Below are positions 33,131 through 41,860 of a DNA stretch of 59,392 nucleotides, in pieces (the first letter of the stretch is position 1; each line of letters begins with the position of its first letter). Made by a program: the position numbers and the translations under genes. Under the pieces are notes generated by a model. It did not search any database and was not told where the DNA came from. It was given only the letters and a program-made list of their open reading frames with translations. The stretch lies in NCBI GenBank assembly GCA_013697275.1, contig JACCXC010000001.1, positions 1 through 59,392 of the forward strand, read 5' to 3'. This stretch comes from Actinomycetota bacterium. Its GTDB lineage: Bacteria; Actinomycetota; Thermoleophilia; Gaiellales; Gaiellaceae.

Positions 33131-33779
33131 TTTCGCCTCCGAGCGCCGCGCGATGGTGGCGGGACAGCTTCGCGACCGCGGAATCGACGACGAGCGCGTG
33201 CTTGCGGCCATGGGGCGGGTCCCGAGAGAGGCGTTCCTGGACGAGGGGGATCGCCCGCGCGCCTACGAGGACGCACCCATCGCGATCGGGTTCGGCCAGA
33301 CGATGTCCCAGCCCTTCATGGTCGCGCTCATCGCGCAGGCCGCGGATGTCCGGCCCGGACGGAAAATCCTCGACGTTGGGACGGGCTCAGGCTACGCGGC
33401 GGCTGTCCTTGCCGACCTCGGCGCCGAGGTGCACTCGATCGAGCGGATCCCCGAGTTGGCCGAGCGGGCCACCGACCGTCTAGGCGCCGCGGGGTATGCC
33501 GGGGTCCGGGTGCATGTCGGCGACGGATCACTCGGCGTCCCCGAGGCGGCCCCGTTCGATGCCATCACGGTCGCCGCTGCGGCTCCCCGGCTGCCGCTGA
33601 CGCTGTACGAGCAGCTCGTGCTGGGGGGGCGCCTCGTCGTCCCCATCGGCAGGCGCCACACGCAGCGGCTCGAGATCGCGATCCGCAGTCCCGAGGGCCC
33701 GGCAGTCCTGCACTCGGTTCCTTGCCGCTTCGTCCCTCTGGTGGGCGAGCGTGGCTACCGTCGGTCCGGCCGCAGGTAG
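33117..33779 (+). CDS. pcm: protein-L-isoaspartate O-methyltransferase
   Basis: Motifs are MVAGQLRDRGIDDERVLAAMGRVPREAF, GFGQTMSQPFMVA and the SAM motif ILDVGTGSGY. The start is ambiguous: in-frame candidates lie at 33072 (track start), GTG 33117 and ATG 33153. Confidence 0.85.
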   Translation: MLESDFASERRAMVAGQLRDRGIDDERVLAAMGRVPREAFLDEGDRPRAYEDAPIAIGFGQTMSQPFMVALIAQAADVRPGRKILDVGTGSGYAAAVLADLGAEVHSIERIPELAERATDRLGAAGYAGVRVHVGDGSLGVPEAAPFDAITVAAAAPRLPLTLYEQLVLGGRLVVPIGRRHTQRLEIAIRSPEGPAVLHSVPCRFVPLVGERGYRRSGRR

Positions 33780-33807
33780 GCACGACCCCGTAACTAGGCT
33801 TCGGCGG

Positions 33808-34257
33808 ATGCCGCGGAACCGCGAAGCCGTCGCCCCGCGGAGCCTGACGGGCGGCCGCTGGGGACTCGCCCTTCGCCGCCCGGCCAACTGGATGCAGCTG
33901 GCAAAGTTCGCGGCCGTCGGCGCCTCCGGGTACGTCCTCAACCTGGCCGTCTATTCGATTCTCGTCGTCGCCGGCATGCATTACCTCGTCGCGGCGGTCT
34001 GCTCGTTCGCCCTCGCCGTGACGAACAACTACGCATGGAACCGGGCCTGGACCTTCCGCCACCAGCGCGGGAACCTCTTCCACCAGGGTGCTCGCTTCCT
34101 GCTCGTCTCGCTCGTTGCGCTCGCCGGGAACCTGCTCTTTCTGCGCGGTCTCGTCGGGCTCGGACTGGGGGAGATCGTCGCCCAAGCACTCGCGATCATC
34201 CTCGTCATGCCGTGGAACTTCCTCGCGAACAAGCTGTGGAGCTTCGGACGGCGCTGA
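33808..34257 (+). CDS. GtrA-family membrane protein
   Basis: 149 aa from ATG 33808. The sequence reads MQLAKFAAVGASGYVLNLAVYSIL..NNYAWNRAWTF..NFLANKLWSF. Confidence 0.8.
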   Translation: MPRNREAVAPRSLTGGRWGLALRRPANWMQLAKFAAVGASGYVLNLAVYSILVVAGMHYLVAAVCSFALAVTNNYAWNRAWTFRHQRGNLFHQGARFLLVSLVALAGNLLFLRGLVGLGLGEIVAQALAIILVMPWNFLANKLWSFGRR

Positions 34258-36047
34258 CGCGGCTCGCCTTCGTTGCCGCTGCGGTGGTCGCTCTGGTGGC
34301 CCCCGCGGCCGGCGCGCAGTCGGGCCCGATCTACGACGCGGACGGCAACCTGATCGGCACGCCGTTCGTCCCGCCGCCGCGCGAGGCGCGGCTGACCGAG
34401 GAAAAGGCGCTCGATCTCGCCCTTCGCGATCCCAAGCTGCGCGACTGGGTCGAGCGGTACGAAGGACGGAAGCTGACGAAGGACGCGACCTTCGAGGAGG
34501 ACGATGGCGTCTGGACGGTGAAGGTCTGGGTGCCGGGCGAAGCCGGGCAGATCGTCGAAGCGAAGGTCGACGACGCCTCCACGCGTGTGACCGAGGCCTG
34601 GACCGGCCCCCAGGTCGCATGGAAGATGGCGCGGGGCTACGACGGGGCCTTCGGACGGAAGATCAACGATCCGTTCGTCTGGCTCGGCTTCTGCGCCTTC
34701 TTCCTCGTCGGGCTCGCCGACCTTCGTCGACCGCTTTCCGTCCGGAACGCCGACCTGCTCGCGCTCCTCTCCTTCGGCCTGTCGCTCCTCTTCTTCAACA
34801 AAGGTCAGGTCTTCACGGCGATGCCGCTCGTCTATCCGCCGCTCGTCTACCTGCTCGGCCGTCTGGTCTGGGTGACACTCCGGGGACGCGGCCGGCCGAC
34901 TCGGCCCGTCTGGCCCGTGTGGCTCCTGCTCGCGGCGACCGTCTTTCTGACCGGCTTTCGGATCGGGCTCAACACCGAGGCCTCGAACGTGATCGATGTC
35001 GGGTACGCGAGCGTGATCGGCGCCCAGCGGATCACCTCGCAGGGCGAGATGCCCTACAGCCATATGCCGACCGATGAAGGAAAGGAGTGCGGCGCCGCCG
35101 ATGGAGACGGGTACGTCCGTGAGCGCATCCAGACGAACGGGCGCTGCGAGTCGGCGAACGGGCGCGGGGACACCTACGGGCCCGTGGCCTACCTCGGCTA
35201 CGTACCGGGCTACCTCGCCTTCGGCTGGACCGGGAAGTGGGACGAGCTGCCCGCCGCGCACTTCACCTCGATCCTCTTCGACTTGCTTGCGCTGGCCGGG
35301 CTCGCGCTCGTCGGGCGGCGCTTCGGGGGGTCGCGCCTCGCCGTGACGCTCGCGTTCGCCTGGGCGGCCTACCCGTTCACGCAGTACGTCTCGAGCTCGA
35401 ACTCGAACGACTCGATCATGCCCGCGCTACTCATCTGGGGCTTCTGGCTCGTCTCGTCGCCTCCGGGGCGAGGCGCATTCCTCGCCCTCGCCACCTGGGC
35501 GAAGTTCGCCGGCCTCCTTCTCGTGCCGCTCTGGGCGTCCTACCCCAGGGGCCTCGAGCGACCTGCCGTTCCCCGCCTCGTGCTCTTCGCCTCTGGGTTC
35601 CTGCTCGGGACGGCTCTGGCCTTCTGGATCTTCCTGCTCGAGCCCGACCCGCTCGCCGCGGCGGGCGTGTTCTGGGACCGGACGTTCGGGTGGCAGCTCT
35701 CACGTTCCTCGCCGTTCTCGATCTGGGACTGGGACGAGTACCCAGGCTATCCTGACCTGGCCGTCCTCCAGGGCGCGCTCAAGGTCCTCCTGCTCGTGTC
35801 GGCGCTCGCCCTCTACTTCGTTCCGAGGCGCAAGAGCCCGCTCCAGCTCGCTGCGCTCACGGGCGCGCTCCTGATTGGCTTCGAGCTCGTCCTCACGCAC
35901 TGGTTCTATCTCTACATCCCGTGGTTCTTCCCCTTCGTGGCGATCGCGCTCCTCGCTCCTGCAGCGCGGCGCCGGCGCGCCGAGGAGCGGGAGGAGGAGC
36001 CGCCTGCCGGTGAGCGCGAGATCCCAGAGCTCGTTCCCGCGGGCTGA
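34236..36047 (+). CDS. polytopic GT-C-type glycosyltransferase-like membrane protein with an N-terminal PepSY-like extracytoplasmic domain
   Basis: 603 aa from GTG 34236, a 22-nt overlap with gtrA. The signal/anchor is LTRLAFVAAAVVALVAPAAGA. The PepSY-like segment is DDGVWTVKVWVPGEAGQIVEAKVDD. About 12 TM helices resembling ArnT/PMT follow. Confidence 0.6.
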   Translation: MELRTALTRLAFVAAAVVALVAPAAGAQSGPIYDADGNLIGTPFVPPPREARLTEEKALDLALRDPKLRDWVERYEGRKLTKDATFEEDDGVWTVKVWVPGEAGQIVEAKVDDASTRVTEAWTGPQVAWKMARGYDGAFGRKINDPFVWLGFCAFFLVGLADLRRPLSVRNADLLALLSFGLSLLFFNKGQVFTAMPLVYPPLVYLLGRLVWVTLRGRGRPTRPVWPVWLLLAATVFLTGFRIGLNTEASNVIDVGYASVIGAQRITSQGEMPYSHMPTDEGKECGAADGDGYVRERIQTNGRCESANGRGDTYGPVAYLGYVPGYLAFGWTGKWDELPAAHFTSILFDLLALAGLALVGRRFGGSRLAVTLAFAWAAYPFTQYVSSSNSNDSIMPALLIWGFWLVSSPPGRGAFLALATWAKFAGLLLVPLWASYPRGLERPAVPRLVLFASGFLLGTALAFWIFLLEPDPLAAAGVFWDRTFGWQLSRSSPFSIWDWDEYPGYPDLAVLQGALKVLLLVSALALYFVPRRKSPLQLAALTGALLIGFELVLTHWFYLYIPWFFPFVAIALLAPAARRRRAEEREEEPPAGEREIPELVPAG

Positions 36048-37242
36048 CCCGCTCCGCGTCGCGACGGCCGCGGCGGCCGGGGTCGCGCTCTTCTCCCTCG
36101 CGTGGGCGCTCCTCCACCTCGGCTTCTACAGCGACTACCAGATCATCGACACGCCCGTCTACCAGGGCTACGGCGACGCAATGCTCGAGGGGAAGGTGCC
36201 CTATCGGGACTTCGAGCTCGAATACCCGCCCGGGGCGCTGCCGGCGTTCGTGGTGCCGTCGCTCGGGGCGGGCGGGAACTACCCGACGCTCTTCGAGGCG
36301 CTCATGCTCGCGTGCGGCGCGGCCGCGGTCGCCTTCGTCGCCGTCGGGCTCGCGGCTGCGGGCGCCTCCACGGCGACCCTCTATGCGGGCGCGGCGGCTG
36401 CCGGCCTGGCGCCCCTTCTCCTCGGCTCGGTGCTGCTCAGCCGCTTCGACCTCTGGCCGGCCGCACTCACGGCGGGTGCGCTCGCCGCCCTCGCGTCCGC
36501 GCGAAACCGGATCGGGCTCGGCCTGCTCGGCGCTGCGGTCGCGGCGAAGCTCTACCCCGTCGTCCTCGTGCCGCTCGCGCTCCTCTACGTCGCTCGCCGG
36601 CGCGGCCCACGTGAAGCTCTGGTAGCGCTCGGCGTTTTCGCGCTCGTCCTCGTCGTGGTCGTTGGCCCCTTCTTCCTCGCCTCACCCGGCGGGCTTCTCG
36701 ACAGCGTCGAGCGTCAGACGGGCCGGCCGCTCCAGCTAGAGAGCCTCGGCGCAGGCGTGCTTCTTGCCGCACACCGGCTGGGTCTCTACGAGGCGACAGT
36801 GGTCTCGAGCCACGGCTCGCAAAACCTCGCCGGCGCCCTTCCCGACACGGTCGCCTCCCTGCAGACGGTTGTGCAGGCGCTCGCGCTAGTCGGCATCTGG
36901 ATCGTCTTCGCGCGCTCGGAGCGAGGGCCGGCCGACCTTCTAGTCGGGTGCGCGGCGGCTGTGGCAGCGTTCGCCGCGTTCGGAAAGGTGCTCTCCCCGC
37001 AGTTCCTGATCTGGCTCCTTCCGCTCGTGCCGCTTGCGCTCAGCCGTTCACGCCTCGCCCTCGGAATCTTCGCCGGAGCCCTCGTTCTGACGCAGCTCTG
37101 GTTTCCGGGCCGCTACTGGGACGTGGTCGCGCTCGGGCCGGTCGCATGGCTCGTCGTTTGCCGCGACCTCCTGCTCGTCGGGCTCGTAGCCGTCCTCGTC
37201 CGCGCTACGGGACGGGAACGCGCACGGCCTCGCAGCCCGTAG
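36010..37242 (+). CDS. DUF2029 / GT87-like polytopic membrane glycosyltransferase
   Basis: 410 aa from GTG 36010, a 38-nt overlap with the previous gene. The motif DTPVYQGYGDAMLEGKVPYRDFELEYPPGALP is typical of DUF2029 proteins. The protein has many TM helices. Confidence 0.65.
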   Translation: MSARSQSSFPRADPLRVATAAAAGVALFSLAWALLHLGFYSDYQIIDTPVYQGYGDAMLEGKVPYRDFELEYPPGALPAFVVPSLGAGGNYPTLFEALMLACGAAAVAFVAVGLAAAGASTATLYAGAAAAGLAPLLLGSVLLSRFDLWPAALTAGALAALASARNRIGLGLLGAAVAAKLYPVVLVPLALLYVARRRGPREALVALGVFALVLVVVVGPFFLASPGGLLDSVERQTGRPLQLESLGAGVLLAAHRLGLYEATVVSSHGSQNLAGALPDTVASLQTVVQALALVGIWIVFARSERGPADLLVGCAAAVAAFAAFGKVLSPQFLIWLLPLVPLALSRSRLALGIFAGALVLTQLWFPGRYWDVVALGPVAWLVVCRDLLLVGLVAVLVRATGRERARPRSP

Positions 37243-37987
37243 CGCGGCCGTCCGGCTCGCAGTCGACGATCACGCCCTCTAGACGAACGTCGCCGCTCGC
37301 GGGGTGGAACCGGACTGGCATGCCGGTGCGCATCCGGCGGATGGCCAGGTCGGCCTGCACGCCGATCACGGAGTCATGCGGGCCTGACATGCCGGCGTCG
37401 GTGATCGCCGCGGTCCCCCCGGGCTGCACGCGCGCATCGTTCGTCTGGATGTGCGTGTGCGTGCCGAGCACGGCCGTCACTCGCCCGTCGAGCAGGCGTG
37501 CGAGCGCGACCTTCTCGCTCGTTGCCTCGGCGTGGAAGTCGACGACGACGACCGGCGTCGTCCGCCGCGCCTCCTCGACCAGCTCGTCCACGAGAAGGAA
37601 CGGGTGGACGGCCACGTCGAGAAAGAGGTGGCCTTGGAGATTGATCACCGCCACCGGCGTCCCGTCGGCTGTGGGGGCGAAGGTCAATCCGCGGCCCGGG
37701 GCATCCGGCCCGCCGAGGTTCGCGGGTCGCAGCACGCGGTCGCTCGACTCGAGCAGCGGGATCAGGTCGCGCTGCCGCCACACGTGATTCCCGGTGGTGA
37801 TGACGTCGGCGCCCGCGGCCAGGAGCTTCGCGGCGAGCTTGGCGGTCAGGCCGACGCCATCGGCCGCGTTCTCTCCGTTTACGACGCAGAAATCGACACC
37901 AAGCTCGTGGCGCAGACCCTGGAGACGCTCCTCGACCGCGCGGCGGCCGGGCGAGCCGAACACGTCCGCGAGGAAGAGGATCCGAAT
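37205..37987 (-). CDS. ymdB: YmdB-type metallophosphoesterase (TIGR00282 family); probable ATT start
   Basis: Collinear with my memory of B. subtilis YmdB throughout (NGENAA.G.GLT, GNH.W, LRPAN, DFHAEATSEK, GTHTH.QT). The conserved N-terminus IRILFLADVFGSPGR lies upstream of the first canonical start, GTG 37963. ATT at 37987..37985 occupies the Met1 position. Confidence 0.75.
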   Translation of the reverse strand: MRILFLADVFGSPGRRAVEERLQGLRHELGVDFCVVNGENAADGVGLTAKLAAKLLAAGADVITTGNHVWRQRDLIPLLESSDRVLRPANLGGPDAPGRGLTFAPTADGTPVAVINLQGHLFLDVAVHPFLLVDELVEEARRTTPVVVVDFHAEATSEKVALARLLDGRVTAVLGTHTHIQTNDARVQPGGTAAITDAGMSGPHDSVIGVQADLAIRRMRTGMPVRFHPASGDVRLEGVIVDCEPDGRATGCEAVRVPVP

Positions 37988-37989
37988 CG

Positions 37990-39033
37990 CTACGGAGCGG
38001 ACAGTGAGGCCGCCGTGTGAACCTCGACGTGGACGTGCTGGCCCGTGTCCTGCGTGTAGCGGGCGAGCGCCGCCCGCTCGACCTTCGAGAGGTCGAGGAT
38101 TCGGCCGAGCTTCGTCCGGGTGGCCACGACGGGGTCGCCGACGCTGAGGGACGGGTCTGCGCGGAGGTTCGTGAGCGCGACGACCACCCCGGACTCCCCG
38201 GCGGGCTGGATCTCGATCCGCTTCCCGTAGGTGAGCTCGTCGACGACTCTGTCGGACACCGCGATGACTGTCCCGTCCACCGGCGCGTAGACGTCAGTCC
38301 CGACGGGTGCCCCGATGTCGAGTCCGCCCGTGTGCGGCCCGATCCCGCCCTCCAAGAGGTAGTAGCGGATCCCCGAGCCGTCGCCGCCGACGAGATGCTG
38401 CACGAGCCGGCCGAAGACTCCAGCGTTGGCCTGTGAGCCCACCGCCTCGAGCGCGAGCGCGGACTCGCCGGCCGCGTGGTAGCCGATCGCGGTCACACGG
38501 CCCTGGTTGACGGGCAGCTGGACGCGGAGGGTCTCGTAGAGCGCGACGACCTGAGGGCTCGGTGGGCCAGAGGGCAGGAGGCGCTGCGCCGGGGCGAGCC
38601 CGACGGTTTCGACCGGCCGTTCTCCGCCCGCGCCGAACGCAGTAAGGAGAAGGACGAGGGCGACGGCGCCCGCGAAGGCGAGAGCTGCGAACCGGCGGGC
38701 GCGCTGGACCCTCGCACGCTTCCTCTCTCGTAGCGCAGCACGGGCGGCCAGTCCCGGTGCTTCGGGCCAAGCCATCCGCAGCAAGCTACCCGAGGCCGGT
38801 CTGTCGTTCAACCGGCTACCCGCCTCTGAGGCCAATGTCAGACGCGGTTGCGGCGGGGGCTCCTCCCACTCGAGCGCGAGGGAGCCGTCGACTGGCTGCC
38901 AGTCCCAGGCGTCGGGTCGCCGGCACCGCCGAACCGGCCGGTTTGCAGGCGCTTCGGCCTGCTGGTCGTATGGGGTCCCGGGAGCCATTGGGTAGTGTCG
39001 GCTCCGGATCAGGGTGGCAGCGCGGCCGGACAA
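37990..39033 (-). CDS. M23 (LytM-type) peptidase-domain protein with a membrane anchor
   Basis: A TM (FAALAFAGAVALVLLLTAF) is followed by GPHTGGLDIGAPVGTDVYAPVDGTVIAV and QHVHVEV. The start is uncertain. 39033 overlaps the divergent ABC gene by 20 nt, so ATG 38988 or a later Met is possible. Confidence 0.65.
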   Translation of the reverse strand: MSGRAATLIRSRHYPMAPGTPYDQQAEAPANRPVRRCRRPDAWDWQPVDGSLALEWEEPPPQPRLTLASEAGSRLNDRPASGSLLRMAWPEAPGLAARAALRERKRARVQRARRFAALAFAGAVALVLLLTAFGAGGERPVETVGLAPAQRLLPSGPPSPQVVALYETLRVQLPVNQGRVTAIGYHAAGESALALEAVGSQANAGVFGRLVQHLVGGDGSGIRYYLLEGGIGPHTGGLDIGAPVGTDVYAPVDGTVIAVSDRVVDELTYGKRIEIQPAGESGVVVALTNLRADPSLSVGDPVVATRTKLGRILDLSKVERAALARYTQDTGQHVHVEVHTAASLSAP

Positions 39034-39694
39034 CGAGCCTTTCCTTTCGGCCCGAGGCGTGGCGCGTCGCTACGGATCGCACGAGGCCCTCGCGCCCACG
39101 GATCTCGACGTCCGTGCGGGCGAGACGCTGGCGCTCGTGGGCCCGAACGGCGCGGGCAAATCGACACTGCTGGCCATCCTCGCGGGCGCGCTCGAGCCGA
39201 CTGCCGGCCGGGTGGAGCGGGCGAGCGCAGCGCCGCGGGTCGGCTGGGTCCCGCAGCGTCCCGCGCAGTACGGGCGTCTCACGGCGCGCGAGAACCTGGA
39301 GCTCTTCGCGCGCCTCGAGGGAGTCCAGGACGTCCCGGGCACGGTGGAGCGGCTGCTCGCGCTCGTCGATCTCGTCGGGCCGAACCGGCCCGCGGCATCG
39401 CTCTCGACCGGAAACCAGCAGCGCCTGAATATCGCGCTCTCGCTCCTCGCGGATCCGGAGGTCCTCCTTTTGGACGAGCCGACGGCAGCCCTCGACCCCG
39501 GCCAGCGCCGGCGGCTGTGGAGTCTTGTCGACGTCGTGCGCGAGCGCGGGGGAGCCGTCGTCTTCGCGACGCAGAACCTGGACGAGGTCGAGCACCATGC
39601 CGACGCGGTCGCCGTTCTCCAGGCCGGCCGACTCGTCTTCCTCGGGCCCTTCGCCGAGTACGAGCGGAGCCCGGCCGCGGAGATTTTTGCGTGA
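39014..39694 (+). CDS. ABC transporter ATP-binding protein
   Basis: 226 aa. Walker A is GPNGAGKST, the signature is LSTGNQQR and Walker B is LLLDEPTAALD. Confidence 0.9.
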   Translation: MAARPDNEPFLSARGVARRYGSHEALAPTDLDVRAGETLALVGPNGAGKSTLLAILAGALEPTAGRVERASAAPRVGWVPQRPAQYGRLTARENLELFARLEGVQDVPGTVERLLALVDLVGPNRPAASLSTGNQQRLNIALSLLADPEVLLLDEPTAALDPGQRRRLWSLVDVVRERGGAVVFATQNLDEVEHHADAVAVLQAGRLVFLGPFAEYERSPAAEIFA

Positions 39695-41040
39695 GGGCCG
39701 TCCGCCTGCTTCTCGCGAAGGACCTGCGGACGCTCTCGCGTGCGCCGGCCCTGGTCGTCGCGCTCGTCCTCTACCCGCTCCTGATCGCGCTCCTCGTCGG
39801 GCTCGTCGCTCGCTTCGCTGCCGACCGCCCCCGCGTCGGCTTCGTCGACCAGGACCGGATCCCGGAGTCCCTCGTCGTCGGTGGGCAGAGCTTCGACGTG
39901 AACGGCGTGATCGAGCAGGTCGAGACTGAGGTCGACCTCGTGCGCATGTCCGAGGACGAGGCGGCGGACGCGCTGAGGACAGGCGACACCGTTGCGACGA
40001 TCATCGTCCCGCGCGGCTTCGTATCCCGGCTGCGAAGCCTCATCCGGCGGCCCGAGCTCGTTCTGCGAATAACGCGCGGAGGCCTCGCTGGGCGGGTCGA
40101 GCGCCAGACCGAGGCGCTCGTCTACAACCTCAATCGGCGGCTGCAGGACGCCTACATCGACGCGAACCTCGAGTACCTCAGGCTGATCCGCGAGGGCGGC
40201 CGCGGCACCTTCCTCGGGAACGACTTCGAGATCGTCGGGTTGGAGGGCGCGCAGCGGATCCTGGCAGAGCTGGAAGGCCGGGCGAAGGACCCGGTCGCCC
40301 GGGCCGAGGTCGAGGAGCTTCAGACCTTCGTGCGGGAGGCACTCCTCGCACTCGATCAGAGCGGCGAGACCCTGCGCGCGACGGCAAATCCGATCACGCT
40401 TCGGCTCGACGACGAGGGACGCCGCGGCTGGCTCCTCTCGGCCCAGGTGCAGGCCTACGCGCTCGCCCTGACGATCGCGCTCCTCTGCATCCTCGTCGCC
40501 GCCGCGGGGATCGCCGCCGAACGCGACGAAAACGTTCTCGGGCGCCTGACGCGAGGGCTGGTCGGGCTCGGCGAACTCGTTGCCGAGAAGATCGCGCTGG
40601 TCGCCCTCGTGGCCGTCGGACTCGGGCTCGTCCTGGCACTCGGCCTCGGAGCGGCGATCGAGCTCGCGGGCTCGACCTCCTTCGCCTCGTGGGCGCGGGT
40701 GCCTTTCCTCGCCGCAGGTCTCGCCGTCGCTGGAGCGGCCTTCGGCGCGTTCGGCGTCCTGCTCGGGACGCTCGCGCGCGAGACCCGGGCCGCCGCGCTC
40801 GTCGCCATCCTCGTTGCGTTGCCGGTGGTGCTGCTCGGCCTACTCCCCGAGGTGGCCGTCGCTCCGGCCGCCTGGGTCTCTACCGCGTTTCCTTTCGCGC
40901 ATGCGGTGCGGCTCTTCGAGTCGACGCTCTACGACGCAGATCCGTGGGCGACGATCGGGCGCGAGGTCGCCTGGCTCGCCGGCCTCACTGTGGTCTTCGG
41001 CGGTGCGGCTCGGCTCGGAATGAGGCGCTTACTCGCGTAA
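39691..41040 (+). CDS. ABC-2-type permease with a large (~230 aa) extracytoplasmic helical loop
   Basis: 449 aa from the GTG in a GTGA overlap. TM1 is followed by a long soluble segment (..QTEALVYNLNRRLQDAYIDANLEYLRLI..AEVEELQTFVREALLALDQSGETL..). Five C-terminal TM helices follow. Confidence 0.75.
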   Translation: MRAVRLLLAKDLRTLSRAPALVVALVLYPLLIALLVGLVARFAADRPRVGFVDQDRIPESLVVGGQSFDVNGVIEQVETEVDLVRMSEDEAADALRTGDTVATIIVPRGFVSRLRSLIRRPELVLRITRGGLAGRVERQTEALVYNLNRRLQDAYIDANLEYLRLIREGGRGTFLGNDFEIVGLEGAQRILAELEGRAKDPVARAEVEELQTFVREALLALDQSGETLRATANPITLRLDDEGRRGWLLSAQVQAYALALTIALLCILVAAAGIAAERDENVLGRLTRGLVGLGELVAEKIALVALVAVGLGLVLALGLGAAIELAGSTSFASWARVPFLAAGLAVAGAAFGAFGVLLGTLARETRAAALVAILVALPVVLLGLLPEVAVAPAAWVSTAFPFAHAVRLFESTLYDADPWATIGREVAWLAGLTVVFGGAARLGMRRLLA

Positions 41041-41070
41041 GCTCGCCGCCGACCAACAGGAAGGGGCGAG

Positions 41071-41832
41071 ATGGCTTCGGGACTCGAGCCGTACTACGGG
41101 AACCACTGCCAGCGGCAGTTTCACGTGCCGGTGACGGTGTTCGGCAAGACGATCTCCTTCGACCGCCGCGCGGCGAACCAGCTCCTGCGCGCCGTCATGA
41201 AGGCCTACGAGATCCCGTATCAGGTCTACAGGATCGAGAGCTTCAACTGCCGCCAGACGACCAGCGGGAAGTCCTGGTCGACTCACGCCTGGGCCGCCGC
41301 CGTAGACATCAACCCCGAGAAGAACCCGTTCACGACCGGCGCGCTGAAGACAGACATGCCGAGCGACTTCGTCGAGTGCTTCACGAGCGAGGGGTTCGGA
41401 TGGGGTGGAGGCTGGCGAAGCGTCAAGGACGCGATGCACTTCTCGCTCGCGCCCAACGAGGGCGGGCGCCCCAAGCCGCACGGGTTCGACCGCGCCCTGC
41501 AGCAGGCCGCGATCGAGCTCTGGATGGACCGCCACGGCGGCGTCAATCCGGAGATAAACGTAGGGCCGACGCCGAAGAAGCCTGGTAAGAAGGCTCCGAC
41601 CTTCCCCGGCTACGACATGGATCGCGAGCGCTACTCGCGCAAGGAGGACGACAACGTTCGGCTCTTCCAGGAGCGGCTCGCCGAGCGGGGCTGGAATCTG
41701 GACCCCACCGGAAAGTTCAACCAGGCGACCGAGCAGATCGTCCGGGCCTTCCAACGGGAGAAGCGCCTGTTCGTCGACGGTGTCGTGGGCAAGAACACCT
41801 GGCGCCTGATCTGGGAGGCAGACATCACGTAG
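41071..41832 (+). CDS. M15-family peptidoglycan peptidase (VanY / endolysin-like) fused to a PG_binding_1 domain; no signal peptide
   Basis: 253 aa. The Zn-site pattern is SWSTHAWAAAVDINP ... DAMHF. The C-terminal segment is GKFNQATEQIVRAFQREKRLFVDGVVGKNTWRLIW. The N-terminus MASGLEPYYGNHCQ is not hydrophobic. Confidence 0.7.
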   Translation: MASGLEPYYGNHCQRQFHVPVTVFGKTISFDRRAANQLLRAVMKAYEIPYQVYRIESFNCRQTTSGKSWSTHAWAAAVDINPEKNPFTTGALKTDMPSDFVECFTSEGFGWGGGWRSVKDAMHFSLAPNEGGRPKPHGFDRALQQAAIELWMDRHGGVNPEINVGPTPKKPGKKAPTFPGYDMDRERYSRKEDDNVRLFQERLAERGWNLDPTGKFNQATEQIVRAFQREKRLFVDGVVGKNTWRLIWEADIT

Positions 41833-41860
41833 GCGCCTCGCGCGGGGTTACCCTGAAGGC

